DNA of 64,000 bases from Candidatus Woesebacteria bacterium (GTDB lineage: Bacteria > Patescibacteriota > Microgenomatia > UBA8517): the NCBI GenBank assembly GCA_016432365.1, contig CP066686.1, positions 64,355 to 128,354 on the forward strand. Direction: 5' to 3'. Both the position numbers and the translations under genes were made by a program. Below are positions 35,770 through 44,989 of the stretch, in pieces. Every line of letters starts with the position of its first letter. Within the stretch, counting starts at the first letter, position 1. The notes below the pieces were generated by a model. That model was not told the origin of the DNA. It did not search any database and saw only the letters and a list, made by a program, of their open reading frames with translations.

Positions 35770-36363
35770 ATGCCGATTGCCATCTGGTATGTTATCTGGT
35801 TTTTAATTTGGGGAATTTTTAATACCCGCTTCAACTGGAAAATTGCCAAAACAAAAAAGGAGAAATATTATCAAACTTCTTTTTTCTTTTTGTTAAGCTC
35901 GATAGCTGTCTATTTCATATTCGAAAATTTTCTATCAAAATCTATTGAGCCCATACTTTTAGGATTTATTATTACTGTTGGCTTGGGAATTTTCTTTTCA
36001 GACTATTATCCCTACTACAAACATATTAAAAATGGTAAATACTTTCTTGTTTCTTTGGCATTTGATATTTTATTGCAACAAGTGATGGTGGTTGCCGGTA
36101 TAAAAATACTGAACCAATATTTTGGTATGAATTACAACAACCTATATTTTGGGGTGATGTTTTCCGCCGGACATCTGCCTGTAATATTTTTGAAGTGGGC
36201 AAAATTAAGATATTTTTATTTGGTTCTTACCTTTTTGGGTGGTATCGGATTTAGTTTTCTAATCAATGAAATTGGAGGGGTGGGAATACTTATTTCTTTC
36301 TTGCTTCACTACAGTCTGTATATTCCTATGTTTTATTACCTGCAGGATGAAAGAAAAATTTAA
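35770..36363 (+). CDS. Hypothetical integral membrane protein
   Basis: Multiple hydrophobic helices; no catalytic motif is confidently assigned. Confidence 0.4.
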   Translation: MPIAIWYVIWFLIWGIFNTRFNWKIAKTKKEKYYQTSFFFLLSSIAVYFIFENFLSKSIEPILLGFIITVGLGIFFSDYYPYYKHIKNGKYFLVSLAFDILLQQVMVVAGIKILNQYFGMNYNNLYFGVMFSAGHLPVIFLKWAKLRYFYLVLTFLGGIGFSFLINEIGGVGILISFLLHYSLYIPMFYYLQDERKI

Positions 36364-37151
36364 ATTATTTTTATTCCTATCCTCTCCTTCCCCCAAAACC
36401 AGCCGTCGCGGGAGTTGAAATAAACAAACATTTTATTTCCTATCTTTTTACCATCACAAACATATATAAAGCTTTTTTTGAAACCCCGACCGGGATTAAT
36501 GAAATCTTTCCCATTCAAAAAAACTTTTGATCTACTCCGTCCTTTTTCATCTTTATACCATTTCGTTTCAAATATATTGTTTTCGACGACACGTAAAACA
36601 TGATGAATAGTTTCGTCTGGAGCATTTGTAACATTTCGATAATATCCATCAATAGTTTTTGATATCGCTTGTCCCGAATATTTTGGTTCAGAAAAAAAGC
36701 AATCCCAAAAATATTTTTGATTGGCATTGTAGTAAAGCCTAAAACCAGACTTCTCTTTGACCACACATGGATTGCAAACACTTGTCCCCTGCCATGACAG
36801 TGTTGGTTTTAGAATGGTTTTTGGTTTACTCCAATTGTTCAAATCTTTTGATGAGACAACCTGGAGTTCGGAAAAATAAATTGTCGTTAGAGGAATAATA
36901 AATTTTAGTTTTTCGTAAAAAAGATAATAAATATCTTTTTCTTTAAATATGAACGGGCGGATGGAAAACGCTTTTACGAATTTAAAGTTTTTCCAGTTTA
37001 CTCCGTCATCCGACATGTAATGATGCAATCCCCAAACAGAATGGGCAAAAAGGTGAAACCTACCGTCAAGAGAATTGTTTGGAGGGAAAAAGGTCGGATC
37101 GGCAACTATCGGCGACCCAAACGGTGGATCAATAACAACTTTTTCTACCAT
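36360..37151 (-). CDS. Hypothetical protein, possibly a beta-propeller glycoside-hydrolase-like fold
   Basis: The N-terminal DPTFFPPNN...DGRFHLFAH resembles GH43/GH130-type propeller starts. This is an inference only. Confidence 0.3.
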   Translation of the reverse strand: MVEKVVIDPPFGSPIVADPTFFPPNNSLDGRFHLFAHSVWGLHHYMSDDGVNWKNFKFVKAFSIRPFIFKEKDIYYLFYEKLKFIIPLTTIYFSELQVVSSKDLNNWSKPKTILKPTLSWQGTSVCNPCVVKEKSGFRLYYNANQKYFWDCFFSEPKYSGQAISKTIDGYYRNVTNAPDETIHHVLRVVENNIFETKWYKDEKGRSRSKVFLNGKDFINPGRGFKKSFIYVCDGKKIGNKMFVYFNSRDGWFWGKERIGIKII

Positions 37152-37157
37152 CGTCAG

Positions 37158-37994
37158 TTATTTATTATTTCTGTATGGGCGGGCGAACTTTCCACCAACC
37201 CTGTCATCAACTAAATATAATTCATCGGTATTTTCAATCTCTTTATCTATTACCGATATACTTCTTTTCAACGGACCATAAAAATTATCAGGAACACTCG
37301 AATGTAGGAACGTCAACACCGCTTGGGAAGAAGTACCGCCCCAACCTGGAAGGATATCGCCCAATGTTTTAAGTTCATCTTTCGAAAAAATCTCATTCAT
37401 GGTTGGAATTTTATATCTTCGGAAAAGAGTTTTTGGACGCATGTGTTTAGTTAAATCTCTAACTGCCAAATCTGTAGCCCCAACAAAAAAAAGTCCTAAA
37501 TTGTTTCTATTTATCGAATTACCGGGAAAGCTTTCGTTATTAATAAAGTGGTTCACTTGTGCACCACTGATTGTATGATCGTCGGGATAAACTACCTTTG
37601 TTCCATTTTTTACAAATTTGGAAAAAAGGTTATCTCTGCGATCGAAAACAGAAAGCGATGCCAACGGACTTAAATTTAACTGATCGGCTACCCACTTACC
37701 ACTTCTATCCTCTGGCCCATAAATCACTATAAATGGGTCATTTTCCACAAAATTTTTAATTTGCCCTTCCATTATCCCAAGAGAAGACTTAAAGTCCTCA
37801 GGGCCAACATACCTTATATTTTCTAATAGTTTTTCGAATAAACGATCCGCACCTTTTAAGTGCATGTGCTTTCTGTAAATATCAATTCTCTCCGGATCAA
37901 TAATCCCCGGCGGCAGATCAACCACTCTCGGAGGCAGTTCCACAGAAACACTGTCCCGCTTTTCCCGAAACATAAAATCAAATAATTTATCCAT
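37158..37994 (-). CDS. Hypothetical protein (possible PRTase-like segment VVYPDDHTISGAQV)
   Basis: A 278-aa ORF with a weak phosphoribosyltransferase-like acidic loop motif. Confidence 0.35.
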   Translation of the reverse strand: MDKLFDFMFREKRDSVSVELPPRVVDLPPGIIDPERIDIYRKHMHLKGADRLFEKLLENIRYVGPEDFKSSLGIMEGQIKNFVENDPFIVIYGPEDRSGKWVADQLNLSPLASLSVFDRRDNLFSKFVKNGTKVVYPDDHTISGAQVNHFINNESFPGNSINRNNLGLFFVGATDLAVRDLTKHMRPKTLFRRYKIPTMNEIFSKDELKTLGDILPGWGGTSSQAVLTFLHSSVPDNFYGPLKRSISVIDKEIENTDELYLVDDRVGGKFARPYRNNK

Positions 37995-38043
37995 TCGTTA
38001 TTGAAATGTGTCAATTCCCGATAGGTTTTTTTTTGAAAGAAAT

Positions 38044-39192
38044 TCAAGCATCCGATTGTACAAACCCAAGCTTTTTAGCCAACGGTGGGATCATACTTGC
38101 CCAAAGCATTCCCGTTTCAGCACTATGTCCAAACCTACCTTCCAATGGTAAATGCCCGTCGGCTTCGAACAGTTCTATGTAGGTTTGGTGTTTTTCAATC
38201 CAATTTAGATATTGTGCAATGTGAATTCCAGCGTCTTTGGTATAGAATTTTGATTCCAAATCAATATATATCGGCCCCATCATAGTCCAAATACTGTCTC
38301 CTTGATAGTTTGGTGAAAATATTCTTGCTCCAATTTGTGTTTTCATCCATTTCGGTTTTGAAAAAGAATGGTATTTCAACGGAAATGGTTTGTCCAATTT
38401 TTCCTTTTTAATTGCATCAATTGAGGCCTTAGCCATTGTCTTATTTTTAACAATTCCTAAATAATAAGGGATTATATTAGCATCAGCAGACACTACGTCT
38501 CCTTCATTGTCCATCAAATCGTTCTTAAAATATTTTTTTTCTTTATTCCAAAATGAATTGATAAATGGCGTAACCAGATCGATGTTTTTAAATGGATTGT
38601 TTAGTTCTGGAAAGTCGTTTTTAAGGAGTTCTGACAGAAAAACCATAAATGAGTTAGCAACACACGTCTTAGTTCTCATAACAACGTCTTTAGGTGTAGA
38701 AAAGGGTTCATTTTTAATCAAATTTGTTTGGTGATCAAGCACTTTTTTATAATATATTTCTATCTGAGAATTAATAAATTTTTTATGCTTTTCTACTAAA
38801 TAACGTTGTTTTGTTTTTAAAAGGTCTGATAGCAAAAAGGGTAAGGAGTCGGCAGAAAAATGAAAGAGATCTACAACTTCACCCTCAGCGGTCACTGTTG
38901 TTGCAATTTTATCTTCTCTCGCAAAATTTTTTATTGCCCATTCTAGGGTTTCTTTTGCCTGTTTTTTGTATCCTAAATTAATCAGCCCATCTAAGCACAA
39001 TGAAAAATCTCTTATCCAAAACTGGTTGTTGTAAATAGTCTCACCTGCTTCAAAAAATGTTCCATTCCAGCGATCTTTGACAACTTGTTTACAAACTTGC
39101 TCACCGCCACCTTTGTGTTGTTTGTATTCTTTCTTTGATAAGTCTCTTTTTAAAACATGCCAACCCTCATTTATATAAAAATTGATATTCAT
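38044..39192 (-). CDS. Hypothetical protein (possible alpha/alpha-barrel glycoside-hydrolase-like)
   Basis: A 382-aa ORF with a QFWIRD segment; otherwise unassigned. Confidence 0.35.
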   Translation of the reverse strand: MNINFYINEGWHVLKRDLSKKEYKQHKGGGEQVCKQVVKDRWNGTFFEAGETIYNNQFWIRDFSLCLDGLINLGYKKQAKETLEWAIKNFAREDKIATTVTAEGEVVDLFHFSADSLPFLLSDLLKTKQRYLVEKHKKFINSQIEIYYKKVLDHQTNLIKNEPFSTPKDVVMRTKTCVANSFMVFLSELLKNDFPELNNPFKNIDLVTPFINSFWNKEKKYFKNDLMDNEGDVVSADANIIPYYLGIVKNKTMAKASIDAIKKEKLDKPFPLKYHSFSKPKWMKTQIGARIFSPNYQGDSIWTMMGPIYIDLESKFYTKDAGIHIAQYLNWIEKHQTYIELFEADGHLPLEGRFGHSAETGMLWASMIPPLAKKLGFVQSDA

Positions 39193-40149
39193 CTATGTTG
39201 TGAGTACTTCGATCCCGGGCAGAGTTTTCTTGGAGAGGAATTCAAGCATGGCACCACCACCCACAGAAATCCAACTAAACTTATCTTCCAGATGGAGCAT
39301 CCGTACCGCTTCCAAACTATCTCCGCCGCCGACAATTTTGAATGTGTTAGAGTCAGCCACCGCCGAAAAGATTTTTTCAGTTCCCATTCTATGCCCCTCG
39401 TCTTCATACTTCCCAAGCACCCCGGCCAAAACTATCGTCTTTGCCAGCTTTATTTCTTTAGTAAACCTATCAATCGTATTTAAGGTAATATCTTCCTTGT
39501 CCATTACCAAATTACCAATGATAACTTTACCATTTTGAGACCTGACACTTTCCAGAGCAGCATCCCCTAAAAATTCCGGAAGCCTTCCTCCAACCAGAAC
39601 CCTGTCCGCAATTTCCTCGAGGGGTTTAATCATTTCTAATTTATCTTTTTTAATTCCACTGATAAGAACGACAACGGGATGCTCAGGATTTTCAAATACC
39701 TTGCTCAGGTTTTCCACCTCACGCATAAAATGGATCCCTGCAACATGGGGAAGAAGTTTTGGTAGACCGACAATTGAAGCATGTTCACGATGAGATGAAG
39801 CAAAAGCGTCATTTATATAACAGTCCCCAAGTGATGCAAGTTTTTTTGCAAATTCGGGGTCATTTGATTCTTCTCCTATGTCAAATCTCAAGTTCTCCTC
39901 TACCTTTGCACCCCACTTGTCAAAAATTGGTTGAAATGACGCAAGGGATAAACCCTCGTTTACTTTTCCATCCGGTCTTCCCCGATGAGCCAAAATAATA
40001 ATTTCCGCTCCTTTTTCTTTTAAATAGTCCAACGTTTCCTCCGAAGCTTTGATTCTTAAATCGTCGGGGTCGGGGTCGCAATCCAAATCCAACCGAAGCA
40101 AAACCTTTTTTCCTGTTACGTCTAAATCTGTAAGTTTGGGCAAGTCCAT
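39193..40149 (-). CDS. pgk: Phosphoglycerate kinase (unusually short, 318 aa)
   Basis: It has KVLLRLDLD (substrate-binding N-terminus), NDAFASSHREHASIVG, and C-terminal GGGDS / GGGAMLEFL nucleotide-binding motifs. Confidence 0.7.
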   Translation of the reverse strand: MDLPKLTDLDVTGKKVLLRLDLDCDPDPDDLRIKASEETLDYLKEKGAEIIILAHRGRPDGKVNEGLSLASFQPIFDKWGAKVEENLRFDIGEESNDPEFAKKLASLGDCYINDAFASSHREHASIVGLPKLLPHVAGIHFMREVENLSKVFENPEHPVVVLISGIKKDKLEMIKPLEEIADRVLVGGRLPEFLGDAALESVRSQNGKVIIGNLVMDKEDITLNTIDRFTKEIKLAKTIVLAGVLGKYEDEGHRMGTEKIFSAVADSNTFKIVGGGDSLEAVRMLHLEDKFSWISVGGGAMLEFLSKKTLPGIEVLTT

Positions 40150-40158
40150 GTTTGAAGT

Positions 40159-40641
40159 TTAATTGTTTTCCTCCAGTCTCGTTATCTCTTCAAGCCGTTC
40201 CTCATACCGTTCTTTTCCGGAGAACTTTGTTTCGAGAAATGCAATGAGCATCGCTTTTGCCTCTTTTTCGGTAGTGTAGTCGGCCGCCAAAACCAAGACA
40301 TTCATGTCATCGTCGTTTCGACCGGCCTTAATCTGGCCGACAGATTTTCCGATTGCCGCCCTAACACCGTCAAATTTATTGGCAACAACTTCTATCCCCA
40401 CTCCACTACCGCAAATCAAAATACCACGGACCTTATCTTTTCGATCATACGCCGCGCCTAAATAGTAAGACCCGACGACAGAACCAACTTTTTCTGCATA
40501 TTTTGTATAATCATCCGTAGGGTCTAGTTTGTCTGCGCCCACATCCTCAAATTCATATCCCATCTGAAAAAGCCATCTGGCAACTTTTTCTTTAAGTTCA
40601 AAACCTCTATGATCCGCGCCCAGGTAAATTACATCTTTCAT
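40159..40641 (-). CDS. rpiB: Ribose-5-phosphate isomerase B (RpiB/LacAB family)
   Basis: It has GADHRGFELKEKV and the catalytic-Cys region ILICGSGVGIEVVANKF; length is 160 aa. Confidence 0.85.
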   Translation of the reverse strand: MKDVIYLGADHRGFELKEKVARWLFQMGYEFEDVGADKLDPTDDYTKYAEKVGSVVGSYYLGAAYDRKDKVRGILICGSGVGIEVVANKFDGVRAAIGKSVGQIKAGRNDDDMNVLVLAADYTTEKEAKAMLIAFLETKFSGKERYEERLEEITRLEENN

Positions 40642-40650
40642 AATTAGAGA

Positions 40651-40679
40651 AACTAGTCGCTAGTAGCTAGATACTAGTT
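40651..40679. repeat. CTAG-rich palindromic intergenic repeat, copy 5 (aactagtcgctagtagctagatactagtt)
   Basis: It lies between the rpiB start and the four-helix-bundle gene stop. Confidence 0.6.
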
Positions 40680-41029
40680 TTTATTTTAGAAATTAAAGAG
40701 TTTAACATTTTCATTACCTCTTCCAGTAACAAATTCGCCTCTTCAAAGTCTCTATTAGAAATATACCCCAAATCTCTCGCAATTAATAGTTGTGTCTCAA
40801 GCTCGGCTCCGGAGGCGAAAGATATTTGCAAGAATTGAATGTACTCCAATTTTCTTTGTCTACAATATCCCTCTGCAATATTTGAAGGAATTGAAATAAC
40901 AGCTCTCCTAATTTGAGAGGTAAGACCATACAACTCTTCCCTCGGAAAACGCCCCGTAAGCTTGTAAATTAGAAGCGAGAGTTTGTAGGATTTTTGCCAA
41001 ACTATTAATTCCTTGTATGTTTTAGTCAT
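40667..41029 (-). CDS. Four-helix-bundle protein (TIGR02436; 23S rRNA intervening-sequence protein family)
   Basis: It has the canonical YKLSLLIYKLTGRFPREELYGLTSQIRRAVISIPSNIAEG signature. It sits between tpiA and rpiB, flanked on both sides by CTAG-rich palindromic repeats. Confidence 0.8.
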   Translation of the reverse strand: MTKTYKELIVWQKSYKLSLLIYKLTGRFPREELYGLTSQIRRAVISIPSNIAEGYCRQRKLEYIQFLQISFASGAELETQLLIARDLGYISNRDFEEANLLLEEVMKMLNSLISKIKTSI

Positions 41030-41060
41030 CCTAGTATCTAACTTCTAGTAACTAGTTACT
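41030..41060. repeat. CTAG-rich palindromic intergenic repeat, copy 6 (cctagtatctaacttctagtaactagttact)
   Basis: It lies between the four-helix-bundle gene start and the tpiA stop. Confidence 0.6.
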
Positions 41061-41062
41061 TA

Positions 41063-41722
41063 TCACTTAAACCCTTCCGTAAGTTCTGTCAATTCTTTTC
41101 TCGGGTCTTCCGCTTTAACAATATCTGTAGCTACCGCAAAACCGGTTGCCCCGAGACTTAGACTTTTTCTTATATCTTCCGATGAGTGGATTCCGGCTCC
41201 CACAACAAGTGGAATATCGAATCCATTCGCAATTTCTGCGGCTAACGAAATTATTTCCGGTTTAGCCTGTGCTACTGACGTCGTAGTTGAACCGACAAGC
41301 TCGGCCGGCTCATAGGCCACATAGGTTGGAGCAAGGTCGCAAACCTTTCTAAGTTCGGGGGTGTCTGTTGCAAAAATCAAGGTCTTTAAATTTGCATTCA
41401 TTGCTTTTTCGTTTGCGGTATAAAGATTGTCGAAATTATTAAACTTATGTTCAGAGTGGTTCAGAAAAACTCCGGAAACTCCGATTCTTGCAACTTCTTC
41501 GGGCAATGTCCAACCTGTATGTGCACCGTAACTGATGGGGTCTATGTGCTGGACCCAAATTTCTAAAGTAGTAGAAGTAATAATCGCCTCAGCGTCAATC
41601 ACCTGAACAACGGGGATAATTTTTATCTGCGACTGCCTTGCCACCTCTTCCAAAATTTTAGTTAAATTAACAGCGTTTATTCCACTCCCCTGTTCATAGG
41701 TTTTGTAATTAACAAATATCAT
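41063..41722 (-). CDS. tpiA: Triosephosphate isomerase, short archaeal-type (219 aa)
   Basis: It has NHSEH (catalytic His), VAYEPAELVGS (catalytic Glu region) and GAGI motifs; the length is typical of archaeal-type TIM. Confidence 0.7.
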   Translation of the reverse strand: MIFVNYKTYEQGSGINAVNLTKILEEVARQSQIKIIPVVQVIDAEAIITSTTLEIWVQHIDPISYGAHTGWTLPEEVARIGVSGVFLNHSEHKFNNFDNLYTANEKAMNANLKTLIFATDTPELRKVCDLAPTYVAYEPAELVGSTTTSVAQAKPEIISLAAEIANGFDIPLVVGAGIHSSEDIRKSLSLGATGFAVATDIVKAEDPRKELTELTEGFK

Positions 41723-41773
41723 GATTGATTTGATTGCAATTACATAATACTATATGATTTACAGGATATCCAA

Positions 41774-42031
41774 ATGACAGTTACAATTTACTCAACAACA
41801 ACGTGTCCTTACTGCAAAATGCTTAAGGACTATCTGGGACAAAAGAACCAACCATTCACCGAAAAATTCGTTGATATAGATGACGTCGCGAGGGACGAAA
41901 TGATGGCCTCATCCGGAGGTTTTTTGGGAGTTCCTTTTAGTGTTGTAACTAAAGATGATGGCAGTAAGGAGACCGTTTTGGGTTTTGATAAAGGAAAACT
42001 GGATTCAATTCTTACTACCCCAACTGTTTAA
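41774..42031 (+). CDS. Glutaredoxin-like protein (NrdH/Grx family, CPYC active site)
   Basis: The 85-aa ORF has TCPYCKMLKDYL on a thioredoxin fold. Confidence 0.75.
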   Translation: MTVTIYSTTTCPYCKMLKDYLGQKNQPFTEKFVDIDDVARDEMMASSGGFLGVPFSVVTKDDGSKETVLGFDKGKLDSILTTPTV

Positions 42032-42516
42032 TTGAAGGATCCTTCAAGAACACTCTCTTCCTGCTTTTGATCAAACGTTTTTTCCAGTGTTACCACAATC
42101 TCTTTATAATTCGAATAGTTTTTGGCCGAAGAAAAGTCGATGAGGTATCCGCCTTTAGCTAAATTAAGTTTGCCCAAAGAAATAAATGTTGTTCCATTAC
42201 CCATCCAAGCCTGATAAAAGTAACCTGTCGTAGGTTCTGGTAAATCCGCAAGGACTGTGAGTTCAAATTTGCTATTTTCAAAAACTCGTATTGCTTCGCC
42301 AATCCCCCCACTCTCCATAACAGACACAAGATCAGCCCTGTCTGCATTAGATGGAATTGTTATACCGCCGAATTTTTCAGTTATTCTTTGGAAAATTGAT
42401 GGGGTGGAAGACGGAAGGTTTAAAACATCATTCTTTTTAGAATTTTTGAAAAGAAGAACGCCCGTAATTAATACTACCAAAACTAAAAAACCAACTATTA
42501 TGTCCCTTGTTTTCAT
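42028..42516 (-). CDS. Hypothetical membrane-anchored protein
   Basis: It has an N-terminal TM helix (IIVGFLVLVVLITGVLLF); length is 162 aa. Confidence 0.4.
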   Translation of the reverse strand: MKTRDIIVGFLVLVVLITGVLLFKNSKKNDVLNLPSSTPSIFQRITEKFGGITIPSNADRADLVSVMESGGIGEAIRVFENSKFELTVLADLPEPTTGYFYQAWMGNGTTFISLGKLNLAKGGYLIDFSSAKNYSNYKEIVVTLEKTFDQKQEESVLEGSFN

Positions 42517-42560
42517 TGGTGGCTAAAAATAGCACCCTACTACAGGTTTGTCAAGGCCCC

Positions 42561-42590
42561 CTAGTATCTAATATCTAATCACTAGTATCT
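42561..42590. repeat. CTAG-rich palindromic intergenic repeat, copy 7 (ctagtatctaatatctaatcactagtatct)
   Basis: It lies between two minus-strand membrane-protein genes. Confidence 0.55.
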
Positions 42591-42632
42591 TTCTCTTATT
42601 CCCGCATATTTACCGCATAAATTCCGCAAGCC

Positions 42633-43238
42633 TCAACCCAGCCTATCTTTAATCTCATCATGGTTTGTAAACTCGGTAAAAAGCACCGATCCAACAAGTC
42701 CGTGAATAAGCATTTGTGGCAAAATATTTCCCCAAATTAAATAAATCCAGTTGTTTATTACTCCAAAAACAGCCAGTAGAATCCAAAATCTTTTAATTGA
42801 TGACCACCCGGTCAAATGAAAAATCATAAAAAATAAAAATGAGGCTAAAAATACAAAATTAATGTTTTGGAACAAGTAGTAAATGGTATCGGTAAAAACC
42901 CAAAGGAAAAATATTTGCTGCAATCCCCCAAACAAAATGTAAGGCAAAATAAGCCTCCTCAACCTACGGATTCTTTTTCTGAAATTCTTTGCAGAGATTC
43001 CGAAAAATAGAAAAACAATTGCCGGTCCACTAATCAACAGGAACGAAGGAAAAATTGTCTCCTTATTATACCCACCCAAAAACGGATAATCTTTTAAAAT
43101 TGATAGCCTCAAAAATAAGGCCCCAAATCCAAAAACAAACATTAATATTCCCCAAAAACCATTAAATCTGGTTGTTTTAAAATAGACCGGAATAATAATG
43201 AGGGAAAGAATCAGAATTATTATTAAAGGGTTGACCAC
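42633..43238 (-). CDS. Hypothetical integral membrane protein
   Basis: The 201-aa ORF is highly hydrophobic. Confidence 0.4.
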   Translation of the reverse strand: MVNPLIIILILSLIIIPVYFKTTRFNGFWGILMFVFGFGALFLRLSILKDYPFLGGYNKETIFPSFLLISGPAIVFLFFGISAKNFRKRIRRLRRLILPYILFGGLQQIFFLWVFTDTIYYLFQNINFVFLASFLFFMIFHLTGWSSIKRFWILLAVFGVINNWIYLIWGNILPQMLIHGLVGSVLFTEFTNHDEIKDRLG

Positions 43239-43244
43239 AAAATG

Positions 43245-43348
43245 ATTATATAGTAGATTTAACCAATTGGTGAATCACGGCGAACATCCGTGGGAGTGCC
43301 GCTACCGTCTATACCCGGGGCCCGATCAAATAGAACTGCGAGCCACAG
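43245..43348 (+). ncRNA. GC-rich structured 5' leader, candidate riboswitch (possibly cobalamin-type)
   Basis: A ~65% GC tract (cacggcgaacatccgtgggagtgccgctaccgtctatacccggggcccg) sits in a ~38% GC genome, upstream of a DUF4430-like gene plus a membrane-protein gene pair. It contains GGTGAA and GCCACAG elements, but the full B12-box was not confirmed. Confidence 0.3.
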
Positions 43349-43351
43349 AAA

Positions 43352-43759
43352 ATGATAAATCGTAAAAAATTACTAATACTTCTTTTAGTACTCATCGGAA
43401 TCTCGTCTTTGTTTATTTTCTGTAATCGGATAAACAACAAAAATCAGCCTCCTTCCCCCGTTGTTACACAAGAACAAACAACAGCACTCACTCTGAACAT
43501 TGACGGAAAGACAGAATCTTTTGATATCTCCTCTTTTGTTGGCAAATCAGCCCTAGAAGCTACAAATAGTTTTGCAAAAGTCGTAGAAAGCGGCGCCGGT
43601 GAAAATGCCTTCGTAACGGAAATCAACGGAAGAGCAGCCGATTCAAAAAAGCGTGAATTCTGGGAACTGGTAATTAACGGGCAGTCGGCTCAAGTCGGGG
43701 CCGGAAGCTATACCATTCAAAAAGGAGATTCGATATTATGGAAAATCACAACATATTAA
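43352..43759 (+). CDS. DUF4430-like secreted protein (B12-uptake associated family)
   Basis: The 135-aa ORF has a signal anchor followed by a small beta-rich domain (GDSILWKITTY end). The assignment rests on family resemblance and context. Confidence 0.45.
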   Translation: MINRKKLLILLLVLIGISSLFIFCNRINNKNQPPSPVVTQEQTTALTLNIDGKTESFDISSFVGKSALEATNSFAKVVESGAGENAFVTEINGRAADSKKREFWELVINGQSAQVGAGSYTIQKGDSILWKITTY

Positions 43760-44286
43760 AAAGACTGGCCACTCCGATAACTTTCATTTTGATCGGAGCA
43801 GTTGCCCGGATAATTCCTCACGTTCCAAATTTTGCTCCAATTGGGGCAATGGCTCTTTTTGGCGGAGCTTATATGAATAAAAAACAAGCCTTTCTCTTGC
43901 CGGTTCTGGCTATGATTTTGTCTGATTTCATTGTTGGGTTTGATAGTCTTCCCATGCGACTAACTGTTTACGGAACATTTTTAATGATGGTTGTAGTTGG
44001 AATTTGGCTCAAGAAAAATCTTAGTCTAAAAAATGTATTTATCTCAAGTCTTTTCGCATCTGTTTTGTTTTTTATGACAACAAATTTTTCTGTTTGGATT
44101 TTTGGCTCAATGTACCCGCACAACATCGGCGGTTTGGGTGAGAGTTATTTCTTTGCTATTCCCTTTTTCCGAAATACACTGCTTGGAGATCTGTTTTACT
44201 CAGGAGCTTTCTTTGGTGGGTACGAATTAGTTCGAAGTTTGTTAAGGCGTGATTCCCGTTCCAAAATTTTTAATTTTAAATTCTAA
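43738..44286 (+). CDS. Integral membrane protein, ECF-transporter S-component-like
   Basis: The 182-aa ORF has ~5-6 TM helices and starts inside the end of the upstream gene. Confidence 0.4.
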   Translation: MENHNILKRLATPITFILIGAVARIIPHVPNFAPIGAMALFGGAYMNKKQAFLLPVLAMILSDFIVGFDSLPMRLTVYGTFLMMVVVGIWLKKNLSLKNVFISSLFASVLFFMTTNFSVWIFGSMYPHNIGGLGESYFFAIPFFRNTLLGDLFYSGAFFGGYELVRSLLRRDSRSKIFNFKF

Positions 44287-44299
44287 ATTTTAAATTATC

Positions 44300-44917
44300 T
44301 TAGTACCGCTCCCCTCTTGGTTTTGGTATAAACGGTCTAATCCCATCCATCTCTTTAGGTTTTTGTTTGTATGTAAAGAGAATTTTGTCGATATAGTTAC
44401 CCAAATCACGATAATAATAAACATCGTTTAACAAAATGTCATCTGCTGTAACATCTCCGTGTCCAAAATCATCCGGTCTGGCCGGAGTTCTGGCATGAAC
44501 AACTACGTTCCCAATCGCCAGTTGTTTCCAAATCATATTGGGAGGGTAGGTTTTAACTTTAACCACTTCGTCCCAGGTAAGAGTTCTGGAATTTGTAGCA
44601 AAAAGAGTTGTGGGGTCAAAGCGTACCAGTCTGCGGTCGGTAATATAGGCGATATCACGTTTCTGATAATCGGTCGTAATCTTAGTCCCAATGGTTATTA
44701 TTAAAAGAGCCAGGGCCATCCCCCCAACATAGAAGAAAGAGGACATAACGCTAACCTGACTTCCAAGAATCACCAAAACAAAAAGAATAGCAAGCGAAAT
44801 CAGATAAATTCTGACAAGGGCCACTGTGGTTGCAAGTGGGTGTGGGCGCACTACGTAGAGAATCTTCTCGTCTTCCTGCCGACCAAAAAAGTCGGTATCG
44901 GAATTTTGCATTGTCAT
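44300..44917 (-). CDS. Membrane protein with a bacterial PH domain (DUF304/YdbS-YdbT-like)
   Basis: It has two TM helices followed by a PH-like domain (YITDRRLVRF...). Confidence 0.5.
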   Translation of the reverse strand: MTMQNSDTDFFGRQEDEKILYVVRPHPLATTVALVRIYLISLAILFVLVILGSQVSVMSSFFYVGGMALALLIITIGTKITTDYQKRDIAYITDRRLVRFDPTTLFATNSRTLTWDEVVKVKTYPPNMIWKQLAIGNVVVHARTPARPDDFGHGDVTADDILLNDVYYYRDLGNYIDKILFTYKQKPKEMDGIRPFIPKPRGERY

Positions 44918-44989
44918 ATCCCAATTCTAGTAGATATTGCCGCTTTTTGCGAGTATCGGCAAATAACAGTTCTTATATAGTATCATTAA

